From: Pirellulales bacterium
Lineage (GTDB): Bacteria > Planctomycetota > Planctomycetia > Pirellulales > UBA1268
Direction: 5' to 3'
Assembly: GCA_040397545.1 (NCBI GenBank)
Contig: JBBAVV010000007.1
Location: forward strand, 33,202 to 97,201
DNA length: 64,000 bases
Below, in pieces: positions 18,701 to 27,627 of this stretch (position 1 is the stretch's first letter; every line of letters begins with the position of its first letter). The translations under genes were made by a program, and so were the position numbers. The notes beneath the pieces were generated by a model. The model was not told the DNA's origin, did not search any database, and was given only the letters and a program-made list of their open reading frames with translations.

Positions 18701-21700
18701 ACTGTCAGCACCGATGGCGTGATCACCGCCGTCTCGGTGGTCAGCGGTGGAACCGGCTTCAACACGACCTCCGCCCTCAATCATGTCGGTGGCCAGGGGG
18801 GTATCCTCCTGGTCGCCGGCGACACGGTTGTCAGGTTCGTGAGAATGGATTACTTCGGCTTCTACACCTCGGCGCCGACCGCCACGATCAGTGGCGTCAA
18901 TGGCCTTGGATCGGGAGCCACGGTCCAGGTGCTCTGGGATAGCACCCTCCTCCAAGTCCTGGGTGTCCGTGTCTTGACTGCCGGCAGCGGCTACTCCCAG
19001 GGGGCCACGATCACCTTCAGCGGCGGCGGGGCACCTGCCGGCTTTCAGGCCCGCGCCACGGTCTTCACTTCCACGAATGTCACCGGCGTCACGGTGTTCG
19101 ATCCGGGCTCGGGCTACACGACCCGACCGACCGGCGTCACCGGCGGCAGTGGCAACGGCATGCAGGTGGCCTTCAACGACCAGAACTACTCTGTCGTCGG
19201 CTACCGGGCGATCGAGTCGGGCAAGAACTACACCGGCGCGCCGACCGTCTCCCTCTCCTCCCCGAATGCCGGCGGCACGACCGCCGCGATCACCGCCGGC
19301 GTCGAGCAGGTCGTCGGCTCGATCACCATCACCAACCCCGGCACCGCCTACAACCCGGCCACGACCACGATCGCGCTGGTGCCAGTCGCTTCCGGTGGCG
19401 GGGCCACGGCCGCCCCGGTGACGGTCAACGGCATCGGTGCGATCTCCCGCATCAATCTCGCCACCCCTGGCAAGGGCTACGTCGCCCCGCCGACGGTGAG
19501 CATCGTCGACCGCAGTGGCTCGGGGTCGGGCGCCGTGGCCACGGCCACGACGGCCCTGGGCGTTACCGGGATCACCTTCTCGAGCGCCGGCGCCGGCTAT
19601 GCTTCGGCCCCGACCGTGACGATCGCGGGAGTCGGTGGAGTGGGCTCGGGGGCCGAGGCGATCGCCACGATCACCAACGGCTTCGTCACCGGGATCACGA
19701 TCACGAAGCCCGGCTCGGGCTACGTCAACGGCGCTACGGTGAGCTTCACCGGCGGCAACGCCACGCAGCAGGCGGCGGCCAAGGCTACGACGTCGTACGT
19801 CGTCACCGGCGTCACCGTCACCAGCAGCGGCTCGGGCTACAACCCCTCGACCACCGACGTCTTCCTCAATCCGGTCGGCTCGGGGGCCACCGGCGTGGCG
19901 AACATGTCGGGTGGCGTGGTGACGAGCATCCGGATCACCGACAACGGCTCGGGCTACAGCTCCACCACGCCGCCGACGGTGAATCTCATCCCCTTCGGCT
20001 CGGGGGCGCTGGGCACCTCGACGATCTCCGGTGGCTCGGTGAACGGCGTCACCGTCGCCAATCCCGGCGTCAATTACGCCGTGCCGCCGGTGGTGACCTT
20101 CAGCCCCGCCCCGGGGGGCGGCACGACCGCGACGGGCGTGGCGACCGTTGGCGGGGTGGCGCAGCTCTCGGCCAAGCGCCTCGATTGGACGGCCCTCGAG
20201 CAGCCGCTCGACGCCCTCCTGGCGCAATTCTCGATCGTCGGCATCACGCTCACCGGCGCCGGTGACCTGACGATCAACCGCCCCTCGAGCGACCTGACGC
20301 TCGACAAGGCGGTCACCAAGGATGGCTCGGTGTTCGTCACGGCACAGAAGCTCACGGTCAACGGCCCGATCACCGCCGGCGACTTCAATTCGACCCGCAC
20401 CGAGACGATTTCGCTCACCGCCACCGGGTCTGATCTGATCATCAATTCCCCGGTCACCGCCCCCGCGGCGGTGACGCTCCAGGCCGACGCTGGCTCCATC
20501 ATCGGAGCCCCGGCGGGGCTCGTGACGACCAAGAACCTCGCCATTTCGGCCCTCAACGGCGCTACCGTCACCACGAAGGTGGAGAACGTCTCCGGCCGCG
20601 TCAACGGCGCCGGTGCCACGATCACAATCAACGAGACCGACGATCTCGTCGTCGGCACTCCGACAAAGAGCCTGTCGGCGAACAATGGCTCGATCACGGT
20701 CAATGCCGGCGGTGCGATGTCGGTCTACCTGGCCGATGCCGGTCCGAACGGCTCGGTGACGCTCGCCGCCGGCTCGAACCTCACCGAGGCCGTCGCCGGC
20801 GCTGGAGCCGACGTGATCGCCGCGTCGGCGAATCTCTCGAGCAAGTCCGGGCGGGTCGACCTCGACACCCAGGTCACATCGCTCTCGGCTTCGGCCATCG
20901 CCTCGACGATCGACATCGACAACATCGGCACCCTCCCACTCACGCTCCAGAGCGTGTCGGCCGCCAACAACGTCCGCATCACCACCACCTCGGCGATGAC
21001 GGTCAAGAGCGTGTCGTCGAGTGCCAACAACGTCACCCTCACCACCCTCACGCCCCCGGGCACCACCGCCACCAACACGATCTCCGTCGACACCGTCTCG
21101 GCCCCGAAGGGGGTGGTGACGCTGACCGCCACCGGCGACGTGCTCTCCTCCGATCCGACGGGTACCTCCCCCAACGTCCTCGCCACCACCGCCCGCGTCA
21201 GCGCGATCTCCAAGGCCAACGGGATCATCAACCTGCGGACCGCCGTCGGCACGCTCGGTGCCCAGGCCAACGGCGACATCACGATCTCGGAGCTCGACTC
21301 GATCACCCTCGGGGAGCCGACCGGACCGGTGGGCTTCAAGTCGGTGTTGTCGACCGCCGGCAACGTGAAGGTCACGGCCGGCGGCACGATCAGCGCCACT
21401 GACGTGCAGGCGACGGCCAGCAAGATGGGCATCACCCTCACCAGCACCGGCGGCGGCGTCCAGCTCGGCAGCGTGGTCACAAGCGTGCTCAATGGCCTGG
21501 TGACCGTCACGGCCAACAAGTCGATCACCGACGGCGACACGACGCTCGACGTGACCGCGAAGAACGTCGTCCTCACGTCCCAGACCGGCTCGATCGGCGC
21601 TGTCGATGATCCCATCGAACTCTCCGTGGCCACCGTCACGGCCTTCGCGCCAGGCTCGATCTACTTCGGCAACGATCAGGCCCTCTCGATCGGCTCGATC

Positions 21701-24700
21701 AACGGCGGCACGGTCGGGATCTCGGCCAATGGCGGGATCACGCAGTCCGGCGTCATCAACGCCGCGTCGCTCGCCGTCACCGGCAACGGTGCGGCAATCG
21801 TTCTCGATTCGCAGGCCAACAAACTCGGTGCCTTCGGGGCGACCAACCCGGCCAGCCCGAATGGCCCCGGCACCGTCGTCGTCAAGGATACGAGTGGCTC
21901 CCTCGACATGCTCACCAGCGATGTCGGGAAAATGATGATCACGGTCGCTGGCCCGCTCACGCAGTCGGGCCCGATCCGCGCCCCCCGGCTCACCGTCCAG
22001 GGCAACTTCAAGGACGCGATCGCGCTCGACACCCAGCCGAATGCCATCGGCACCTTCGCCGCCAGCAACGGCAGCGGAGGCGTCGGGATCAAGGACAGCG
22101 AAGGCGCGCTCGACATCGCCTTCATCCAGGGCGGCCCCGTGAACATCGTCGTCGGTGGCCCGCTGACGCAGTCGGGCTTCATCAACGCCACGGCGCTGAC
22201 GGTCACCGGCAACGGTGCACCGATCACGCTCGACACCCAGACGAACAACGTCGACTCCTTCGGGGCGGTCAATCCCTCCGGGAGCGTGGTCTTCCAGGAT
22301 GCCACCGGGGGCCTCGTGCTCACGAAGTCCAACGCCGGCCTCCTCTGGATCAAGGCTGCCGGGGCCGTGACGCAGTCGGCCCCGATCGTGGCGGCGAACC
22401 TCACCGTCCAGGGGACAGGCCTCGACCCGATCACGCTCGACACACAGGACAACGAGCTCGGCACCGTCGCCATCGCCAACGGCCTCGTCGCCCCGGTGTC
22501 GATCAAGGACACGATCGGCGTCCTCAATGTTGCGTTCGTCGACGGCGGTCCGGTGACGATCACCGTCGCCGGCGGCTTGACCCAGTCGGGCGCCATCCAG
22601 GCCACCGACTTGATTGTCAACGGCGGCGGCAACGCCCCGATCACGCTCACCAACGCCGGCAACAAGGCCAACACCTTCAAGGCGAGCAACGGCACCGCGG
22701 ACATCACCTTCAACGACTCGGCAGGCAACCTCGTCCTGGCCGGGCTCGACGGCGAGAAGCTCGCGATCACGGCCGTGGGCGACATCACGCAGACCGCCCC
22801 GGTCACCGGCACCTCGCTGAATGCCGTTTCCTCCGCCGGCGGTGTGAGGCTCACCGACGGGCTCAACGACGTCGACACCGTGACCGGCACGGCCGTCAAG
22901 GACTTCGTCTACACGAACTTCGGGACGTTTGCCGCCGGGCCGATCACCGCCTCCGGCACGAACTCGAACATCGTCCTCACGAGCGTCGCTGGCGACATCA
23001 ACGTCGTCAACAACCTGACCGCCACGAACCTCGTCACGCTCAATGCCCCCAACGGCACGTTCGTCCTCGTTCAGCCAGCCAAGATCAACGCCCAGGTCCT
23101 CTCCTACAACACGCTCACCCCGCCGACCTACGATCCCGCCAACGTCCCCGACACGATCGCCGTCGACGGCAATCTGACGATCTACAAGCCCGGCCAGGCG
23201 GTGACGTTCGGCAACTTCGCCTCGACCGGCACGATCAAGATCACGGCCGCCTCGATCACGGTCAACGGTCCGTTGGTGACCACCGGTACGCAGCAGTCGA
23301 TCGAACTCACGGCCCTCACCGGTGGCGTGACCTTCGTGGGAACCGGTTCGGCCGAGAATGCCCCGGCCCTCGGCGGGACGACGAGCGTGACGGCGGCCGG
23401 TGCCATCATCGGCGGCGCGACCGACCCGCTCTCCGGCTCCGCCCTGACTCTCGCCTCCGGCAATGCGATCACGCTCCCCGGCGTGCTCACCGCGGGCACG
23501 CTCACGGCGAGCTCCAGCGGCGGCGCCATCACGCTGACCAACGCCAAGAACGATTTCACGCGCGTCAAGGTCACCAACGAGACCCGCGCCGTCAGCCTGA
23601 CCGACGTGAATGCCCTCTCGGTTGCCGGCATCACCGGTGGGGCGGTCGCCCTCACCGTCGGTGATCATCTGACGCAGACCGGTGCGATCGTCGCCACGAG
23701 CCTCACGGCCAACTCGACGACGAAGAACTTCGGGAACATGGATCTCATCAATCCGGGCAACGACGTCGGCACGCTTTCGATCGACAACGGCCAGCGGCAG
23801 GTCTTGTTCACCGACAAGAACGGCGTCATCATCGGCGGGGTGAAGGCGGGCATCTTCACGCTCACGACGGCCGGGGAGGTCTCGCAGACCGGGCCGATCG
23901 TCGCGGCCGGTGCGAGCACGATCACCAACACGGCCGGGGCGATCACCCTCGCCAACAGTGGCAACGATTTCACCTCGCTCAAGGTGAGCAACGGCACCCG
24001 GAACGTGACCGTCAGCGACAAGAGCGACATCGCCATCGCCGGGGTGACCGCCGGGCAGTTCACCCTCAACACCACGGGGGCCGTCACCCAGACCGCCCCG
24101 ATCACGGCCACTGGCCTCGCCGTTACGACGGCCGCCGGACCGGTGACGCTCGCGAACGCCGGCAACGACGTGAACACGCTGCAGATCAACTCCGGCCTGC
24201 AACCGGCCTCGTTCACCGACAAGAGCGGCGTCAGCCTGTCGACGATCGCTGCCGGGGCCTTCACGCTCCGGGCCGGCGGGGCGGTGACCCAGACCCAGGC
24301 TGCCACGACGACGTCGTTCGACGTCGCCACGACCTCCGGAGGTGTGACGCTCGGCAACACCGGCAACTCCCTCGGCACCTTGTCGGCGAATCTCGCCGCG
24401 GCCGGGGCTCCGCTGACGGTGGTCAACAACGGCCTCCTCAAGATCGCCCAGGTGACGACCCAGGGGCAGATCGCGATCAGCACCCTCAACGGCGGCAATG
24501 TCAACATCGGCCCCGCCGGCTCGCCGGCTCCGACGCTGCAGACCACCAGCACGGTCAACTTCAGCGGGGTCTCCGGTGGGATCGTGATGGCCAACGGCGG
24601 CACGATGGTCGCCCCCGGCGGCGTCACCATCCCGACCGGCAAGAGGATCCAGTGGACCCTGACAAGCTCCGCCAACTCCGGCGCCGGCTCGCTCCGCGAC

Positions 24701-25438
24701 ACCCTCCAGTCGATCAACTCCCTCAAGGCCCCGGCACAGATCACCTCCACCGCTCCGACAACGATCAACCTCACTTCGGCCCTCCCCACCGTCACCGTCC
24801 CGCTGTCGGTGGTCGGCAAGAGCCAGCTGACCCTCGACGGCAGCGCCGCCGGGGCCGGCGTCAACGGCCTGTGGTTCAGCAGCACGGCCACCGGCAGCTC
24901 GCTCAGCGGCGTCACGTTCCAGAACTTCAGCGGGGCCGGCGTGAACATCGCCGGTGCGGCCGGGACGACGGTCACGGCGATCAGCGTCAGCAACAGTGCG
25001 ATCGGCCTGCGGGCCAGCGGGGTGCTCGCCTCCGCCGGTGTCAACTCGCTCGTCACGAGCTCGACCTTCATCGGGAACGTCCAGGGGGCCTACCTCAACG
25101 CCACCGGCCTGACCTTCGGCCTCGCCGGCCAGGGGAATGTCCTCACCGGAAACGCCTCGACGACCGCCGGCATCTTCATGACCGGTGCCGCGGCCGGGAC
25201 GATCGTCCAGGGGAACGGCATCAGCCAGGCGACCACCGGGATCTCGATCAACTCCGTCACCGGGGCGTTGATCGGCGGCACGGGAGCCGGCCAGTTCAAC
25301 ACGGTGGCCTTTGCCACCACTGGTGTCTTCGGCACCGGCACCTGCTCGGGATCGTCGGTGGTCAAGACCGCCTTCGGCAGTGCCGTGACGACGAAGTACA
25401 ACACGGCCGGTGCCCGTGGGCTGTCCGTGATCCAGTGA
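15737..25438 (+). CDS. Giant (3233 aa) secreted beta-strand-repeat / adhesin-like protein with an LExLExR leader and a C-terminal parallel beta-helix-like region
   Basis: The ATG has AGGAAAAAG upstream. The N-terminus is MKFGSIFNRFARDLDASRTPGSAARLARRKRLRGQDVIAAVESLEDRRLLA. Composition is T/G/A/S/V/N-rich and organised in repeats. The C-terminus carries PbH1-like turns (NSAIGLRASG...FIGNVQGAYL...GNASTTAGIFM...GNGISQATTGISI). The antisense 2819-aa ORF is R/G/D-rich nonsense. Confidence 0.85.
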   Translation: MKFGSIFNRFARDLDASRTPGSAARLARRKRLRGQDVIAAVESLEDRRLLAFQYVGFTHTNDTPHNKDQAYMYNFEIFNDKTNPSDSATMYVRNVANTNELQFDTGTTFSGLPYFNTGTQFHNWGTSLPSVGGIPSQNWVGPISLARQATVSATWNKTDQPEPFHLSKIRVTAAPGTVDPTFILNVGDSMPLAMEIDFSQAIGIGTIIIRSNAAEAYPVAAPVNLLPNGGGGYNLLGTEIFVRATMTARYTNLLAAQSLVQIENQISGPFFGRVADGDFKVIAGASIVANGGVQIVTGGGVPQNSTSYQTYGYGANGGDILIDGQITNANFVNLQVNSTNPRNILTGASGLISGSQSITLNNAAADGGTINVRTAGFAQHNIFAGTNVGPAADIAINVDQIQGDLTINALPASKATIALKASEPGRQVITNSNFDTIGGLSLAASTLNINRPISTEKGDLTLTGNSVTIGSNVSAGTTGIGNLNVTATAGDIAVTSAAVVKASGDSINLTASGNIASQARLEATNLKLAAGGSINTLTRSDTVTATSGGSITLVDDDAITLTNLATTGNGSITVTAKGLLDAVNVATAGTGDISLTTSAAGLIARDLKTTNGTIRLRAQDGDINAVGDVFVNDANPANPTQDFILTADNGNVIMSPNATFTVADQLSFSAPLGRVLTPGKITGVTVTNPGSGYVTPPTVTFSAGNGAQVTPTAGDGKVTFVKVLSGGSGYVTAPQVVFDNAGTGGSGVVATAQVSAGTVTGITISNGGVNYKIAPKISFVGGGGSGADAVASVSGLTALSVTNGGSGYQVPPTVVISSGDGGATGAVSVNATGAIQGINVAQGGTAYTAAPLVQIIDSSGSGFGASAVANLTGGVTNGLVTSGGSRYPGSTTATLTGGGGTGATAQPLLGLTNGSLGTISNTNSGYVPGDLLTVVAGTGAQVKVTGISGAGIVSGLAVVRGGGNYLPGDRLYLSDATLGATGLVANVDTVSTDGVITAVSVVSGGTGFNTTSALNHVGGQGGILLVAGDTVVRFVRMDYFGFYTSAPTATISGVNGLGSGATVQVLWDSTLLQVLGVRVLTAGSGYSQGATITFSGGGAPAGFQARATVFTSTNVTGVTVFDPGSGYTTRPTGVTGGSGNGMQVAFNDQNYSVVGYRAIESGKNYTGAPTVSLSSPNAGGTTAAITAGVEQVVGSITITNPGTAYNPATTTIALVPVASGGGATAAPVTVNGIGAISRINLATPGKGYVAPPTVSIVDRSGSGSGAVATATTALGVTGITFSSAGAGYASAPTVTIAGVGGVGSGAEAIATITNGFVTGITITKPGSGYVNGATVSFTGGNATQQAAAKATTSYVVTGVTVTSSGSGYNPSTTDVFLNPVGSGATGVANMSGGVVTSIRITDNGSGYSSTTPPTVNLIPFGSGALGTSTISGGSVNGVTVANPGVNYAVPPVVTFSPAPGGGTTATGVATVGGVAQLSAKRLDWTALEQPLDALLAQFSIVGITLTGAGDLTINRPSSDLTLDKAVTKDGSVFVTAQKLTVNGPITAGDFNSTRTETISLTATGSDLIINSPVTAPAAVTLQADAGSIIGAPAGLVTTKNLAISALNGATVTTKVENVSGRVNGAGATITINETDDLVVGTPTKSLSANNGSITVNAGGAMSVYLADAGPNGSVTLAAGSNLTEAVAGAGADVIAASANLSSKSGRVDLDTQVTSLSASAIASTIDIDNIGTLPLTLQSVSAANNVRITTTSAMTVKSVSSSANNVTLTTLTPPGTTATNTISVDTVSAPKGVVTLTATGDVLSSDPTGTSPNVLATTARVSAISKANGIINLRTAVGTLGAQANGDITISELDSITLGEPTGPVGFKSVLSTAGNVKVTAGGTISATDVQATASKMGITLTSTGGGVQLGSVVTSVLNGLVTVTANKSITDGDTTLDVTAKNVVLTSQTGSIGAVDDPIELSVATVTAFAPGSIYFGNDQALSIGSINGGTVGISANGGITQSGVINAASLAVTGNGAAIVLDSQANKLGAFGATNPASPNGPGTVVVKDTSGSLDMLTSDVGKMMITVAGPLTQSGPIRAPRLTVQGNFKDAIALDTQPNAIGTFAASNGSGGVGIKDSEGALDIAFIQGGPVNIVVGGPLTQSGFINATALTVTGNGAPITLDTQTNNVDSFGAVNPSGSVVFQDATGGLVLTKSNAGLLWIKAAGAVTQSAPIVAANLTVQGTGLDPITLDTQDNELGTVAIANGLVAPVSIKDTIGVLNVAFVDGGPVTITVAGGLTQSGAIQATDLIVNGGGNAPITLTNAGNKANTFKASNGTADITFNDSAGNLVLAGLDGEKLAITAVGDITQTAPVTGTSLNAVSSAGGVRLTDGLNDVDTVTGTAVKDFVYTNFGTFAAGPITASGTNSNIVLTSVAGDINVVNNLTATNLVTLNAPNGTFVLVQPAKINAQVLSYNTLTPPTYDPANVPDTIAVDGNLTIYKPGQAVTFGNFASTGTIKITAASITVNGPLVTTGTQQSIELTALTGGVTFVGTGSAENAPALGGTTSVTAAGAIIGGATDPLSGSALTLASGNAITLPGVLTAGTLTASSSGGAITLTNAKNDFTRVKVTNETRAVSLTDVNALSVAGITGGAVALTVGDHLTQTGAIVATSLTANSTTKNFGNMDLINPGNDVGTLSIDNGQRQVLFTDKNGVIIGGVKAGIFTLTTAGEVSQTGPIVAAGASTITNTAGAITLANSGNDFTSLKVSNGTRNVTVSDKSDIAIAGVTAGQFTLNTTGAVTQTAPITATGLAVTTAAGPVTLANAGNDVNTLQINSGLQPASFTDKSGVSLSTIAAGAFTLRAGGAVTQTQAATTTSFDVATTSGGVTLGNTGNSLGTLSANLAAAGAPLTVVNNGLLKIAQVTTQGQIAISTLNGGNVNIGPAGSPAPTLQTTSTVNFSGVSGGIVMANGGTMVAPGGVTIPTGKRIQWTLTSSANSGAGSLRDTLQSINSLKAPAQITSTAPTTINLTSALPTVTVPLSVVGKSQLTLDGSAAGAGVNGLWFSSTATGSSLSGVTFQNFSGAGVNIAGAAGTTVTAISVSNSAIGLRASGVLASAGVNSLVTSSTFIGNVQGAYLNATGLTFGLAGQGNVLTGNASTTAGIFMTGAAAGTIVQGNGISQATTGISINSVTGALIGGTGAGQFNTVAFATTGVFGTGTCSGSSVVKTAFGSAVTTKYNTAGARGLSVIQ
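17771..20165 (+). repeat. About 20 tandem ~38-aa 'GSGY' modules within the giant protein
   Basis: The recurring pattern is (V/I)T(N/S).G(S/G)GY...P.V.(F/I)..GGG.GA.A.A.V. Examples are NPGSGYVTPPTVTF, SGGSGYVTAPQVVF, TNGGSGYQVPPTVVI, TPGKGYVAPPTVSI, SAGAGYASAPTVTI and KPGSGYVNGATVSF. Confidence 0.75.
21680..24400 (+). repeat. Two blocks of ~55-60-aa beta-strand repeats (..G.LTQSG.I.A..L.V.GNGA.I.LDTQ.N..G.F.A.N / ..GA.TQT.PI.A....V.T..G..TLAN.GND...L..) within the giant protein
   Basis: The periodic motif is read directly from the translation, for example GGPVNIVVGGPLTQSGFINATALTVTGNGAPITLDTQTNNVDSFGAVN. Boundaries are approximate. Confidence 0.6.
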
Positions 25439-25474
25439 TCGGCCACGGCCAGGAACATGCGGCCTGAAACGCTC

Positions 25475-25509
25475 GGGGGGATGGTGGCCACCACCCCCCG
25501 TGGTTTTTG
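25475..25509 (+). terminator. Candidate intrinsic terminator after the giant gene
   Basis: GGGGGaTGGT-ggcc-ACCAcCCCCC forms a stem of 5 bp, a 1x1 mismatch and 4 bp, with a 4-nt loop. It is followed by gtggTTTTTg and starts 37 nt after the stop at 25438. Confidence 0.5.
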
Positions 25510-25547
25510 TCCCCAATCACGGCGCGGGACGCCCGGCCTCGGGGAGG

Positions 25548-26543
25548 TCAGCCCGCCCGATCGATGACGTCGTGCCCGCCATCCTTCGTGCGCTGGCTGA
25601 AGAGGATGTTGAGCGTCCGCAGGAAAGTATGGAGGCCGGCATCCTGGATGGGGAGAATGTGGGCCGGCTGGCCCGACTCGTTGTGGTGGGAGTGCCACAG
25701 CCCCGGCGGCGTCACGAACGCCGAGTGGGGCTTCCAGTCGACCCGGATCCCGTCTTTGATGCTGCCGTCGCGGTCGAGGGTCCGCCCGACCATCGTGTAG
25801 CACCCCGGGCGGGCGTCGACGACGAGGTCGAGGGCCACCGACTGGTGCCGGTGCGGAGCCTGGACGGCACCCACCGGCAGGAGCCCGAACATCGCCCAGA
25901 TGACGTGCGTGACCGTCATCGTGTGGGGAAAGAGTCGGTTGCCGAGGAGAACGCTCAACCGGTTGGCCGTAGCGCTCGACGGATCGCGGAGCACCCCGTC
26001 GAGGGCCTCGAGAATCGCCTCGCGGCGGTAGAGCGTCGGCGTGAACTGCCGCTGCGTCGCCTCGGCCCCCAGATAGCGGAGGAGCGGCTCGTCGTTCACC
26101 CAGTAGAGGGCCGCATCCTCGCTCGCCGCGTGGAGCATGCGACTGCGGGCCGGCAAGGTGAACAGATCCCCGGCCTTCCAGGGAATCGTGGCCGGATCCG
26201 TGGCACCCTCGGCGGGGCTGCTGGTGCCACTGCCGCGCATCACGAAGAACAGGTGGCTCGTGGCGTTGGCATCGGTGAGCACCGCCTCACCGGCCCGAAC
26301 GCGGACGAAGCTCGCACACAGGCCCGGGCTCGTGGCCGGGCCGGCACACCCCAGCACGGCCGAATTGTCGAGCGGCAGCACGCGCGAACCGCCCCGCTCG
26401 TGGAGCTCGGCATCGAACCGGGCCAGCGGCACCTCGCCGGCCGAGCCCTCGGCAAGGGGATTGGAGGCGTAGCGATAGTCGTGGTAGCGGGCCGACGCGG
26501 TCAGGTGGCCGAGGGCATGCGGATCGGGGGAGTGATTGGCCAT
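25548..26543 (-). CDS. Bicupin protein, gentisate 1,2-dioxygenase-like
   Basis: The ATG has a strong AGGAG Shine-Dalgarno site. Cupin metal motifs are present: PHRHQSVALDLVVD ... FVTPPGLWHSHHNESGQPAHILPIQDAGL. The N-terminal half forms a second cupin-like domain. Confidence 0.7.
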   Translation of the reverse strand: MANHSPDPHALGHLTASARYHDYRYASNPLAEGSAGEVPLARFDAELHERGGSRVLPLDNSAVLGCAGPATSPGLCASFVRVRAGEAVLTDANATSHLFFVMRGSGTSSPAEGATDPATIPWKAGDLFTLPARSRMLHAASEDAALYWVNDEPLLRYLGAEATQRQFTPTLYRREAILEALDGVLRDPSSATANRLSVLLGNRLFPHTMTVTHVIWAMFGLLPVGAVQAPHRHQSVALDLVVDARPGCYTMVGRTLDRDGSIKDGIRVDWKPHSAFVTPPGLWHSHHNESGQPAHILPIQDAGLHTFLRTLNILFSQRTKDGGHDVIDRAG

Positions 26544-26552
26544 GGAAATCTC

Positions 26553-27575
26553 CTAGCGGTAGTCGGCGGGGGAGAGCCCCTTCTTCGCACCGTTGAAGCC
26601 GAACGGCGTCGGCTCGAAGGTGCCGACGATGTCGACCTTCGACGTCTCCGGAATCTTCGCCTCGAGGCCCGCCGCCCAGTAGCAGGCGTTGACGAGCATC
26701 CGCCTTGTTCCCTCGGCGGTCATGTCGGTGGCGGCCCCCATCGTCGTCGTGAAGGACCGCCCCTTGGGCCCCCCTTCGACGGAATAGCTCTTCACCCAGG
26801 CCACCGGCATCATCGGCTCGTTCTTCTCCCCCGCGACCGGAGGCGCGTCGGGCTTCATGCCCGCGAGCACCGCCCCGAGGACGAGCGGCTTGGAGTCGCC
26901 GGGGAGCGGGAGGCGGACACCGTAAACGTCGGTCGGCCCCCAGATCTCACCATCCTTGATGCCACGGAGGATGGGGTGATCTTTGGCGTCGGGGGCGACG
27001 AGCCCGCGCGTGCTCTCGCTGCCATGGCCGCCGTGGTGGCTGATCCAGGTCTCGCCGAGCACCTGCCGGCCGAAGCCCTGCGCGAAACCCTCGCCGGGGA
27101 AGTCCCAGCTGTAGCGGCGGTAGGCCCGTCCCTCGGGGATGTTGAAGGCGTGGGTCGCCGTCCGCATCGCCACCACCGGCTTGCCCGCCTTCAGGAAAGC
27201 GTCGACGTGCTTCATCTGCTCGTCGGGGAGGTTGCGAAACCGGGTCGCGATCACCATCAGATCGGCCGAGGCGAGCTTTTCAAGGCCGGGGATGTTGTCA
27301 TTGGTGTTGGGGTTGATCATGCCGGTGGCGGGATCGATCGCGAACACCACGGTGCAATCGAAGCCGTGGTGGCGGGCGAGGATCTTCGCCAGCTGCGGGA
27401 GGGCCTCCTCGCTGCGGTACTCCTCGTCGCCACTGACCAGAACGACCTTCTTCCCCTTCCCGGGCCCGTCGCCACCGGCGACCTCGAGCCACGGATCGGC
27501 GGCCTTCACCGGAAGCGCCAAGGAGATCAGAACCAAGAGGATCAGAACACAGCAAGCCGACAGCAACCGTCGCAT
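26553..27575 (-). CDS. Secreted ThuA-like / class-I glutamine-amidotransferase-like protein
   Basis: I chose the internal ATG at 27575, which gives the signal peptide MRRLLSACCVLILLVLISLALPVKA. The ORF head at 27626 adds 17 non-signal residues. The body reads KKVVLVSGDEEYRSEEALPQLAKIL...ADLMVIATRFRNLPDEQMKHVDAFLKAGKPVVAMRTATHAF, a ThuA-like layout. Confidence 0.6.
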   Translation of the reverse strand: MRRLLSACCVLILLVLISLALPVKAADPWLEVAGGDGPGKGKKVVLVSGDEEYRSEEALPQLAKILARHHGFDCTVVFAIDPATGMINPNTNDNIPGLEKLASADLMVIATRFRNLPDEQMKHVDAFLKAGKPVVAMRTATHAFNIPEGRAYRRYSWDFPGEGFAQGFGRQVLGETWISHHGGHGSESTRGLVAPDAKDHPILRGIKDGEIWGPTDVYGVRLPLPGDSKPLVLGAVLAGMKPDAPPVAGEKNEPMMPVAWVKSYSVEGGPKGRSFTTTMGAATDMTAEGTRRMLVNACYWAAGLEAKIPETSKVDIVGTFEPTPFGFNGAKKGLSPADYR

Positions 27576-27627
27576 GGAGAGCCCCCCTGTTCGAGACACC
27601 GCGGCGCCAAAACGGGCCGGCGGCAAG

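Noticed and set aside
17057-25516. 2819-aa minus-strand ORF antisense to the 3233-aa gene
   Set aside because: Its R/G/D-rich composition looks like nonsense, with no start context or domains. The + frame has a good ribosome-binding site, a leader motif and an ordered repeat architecture.
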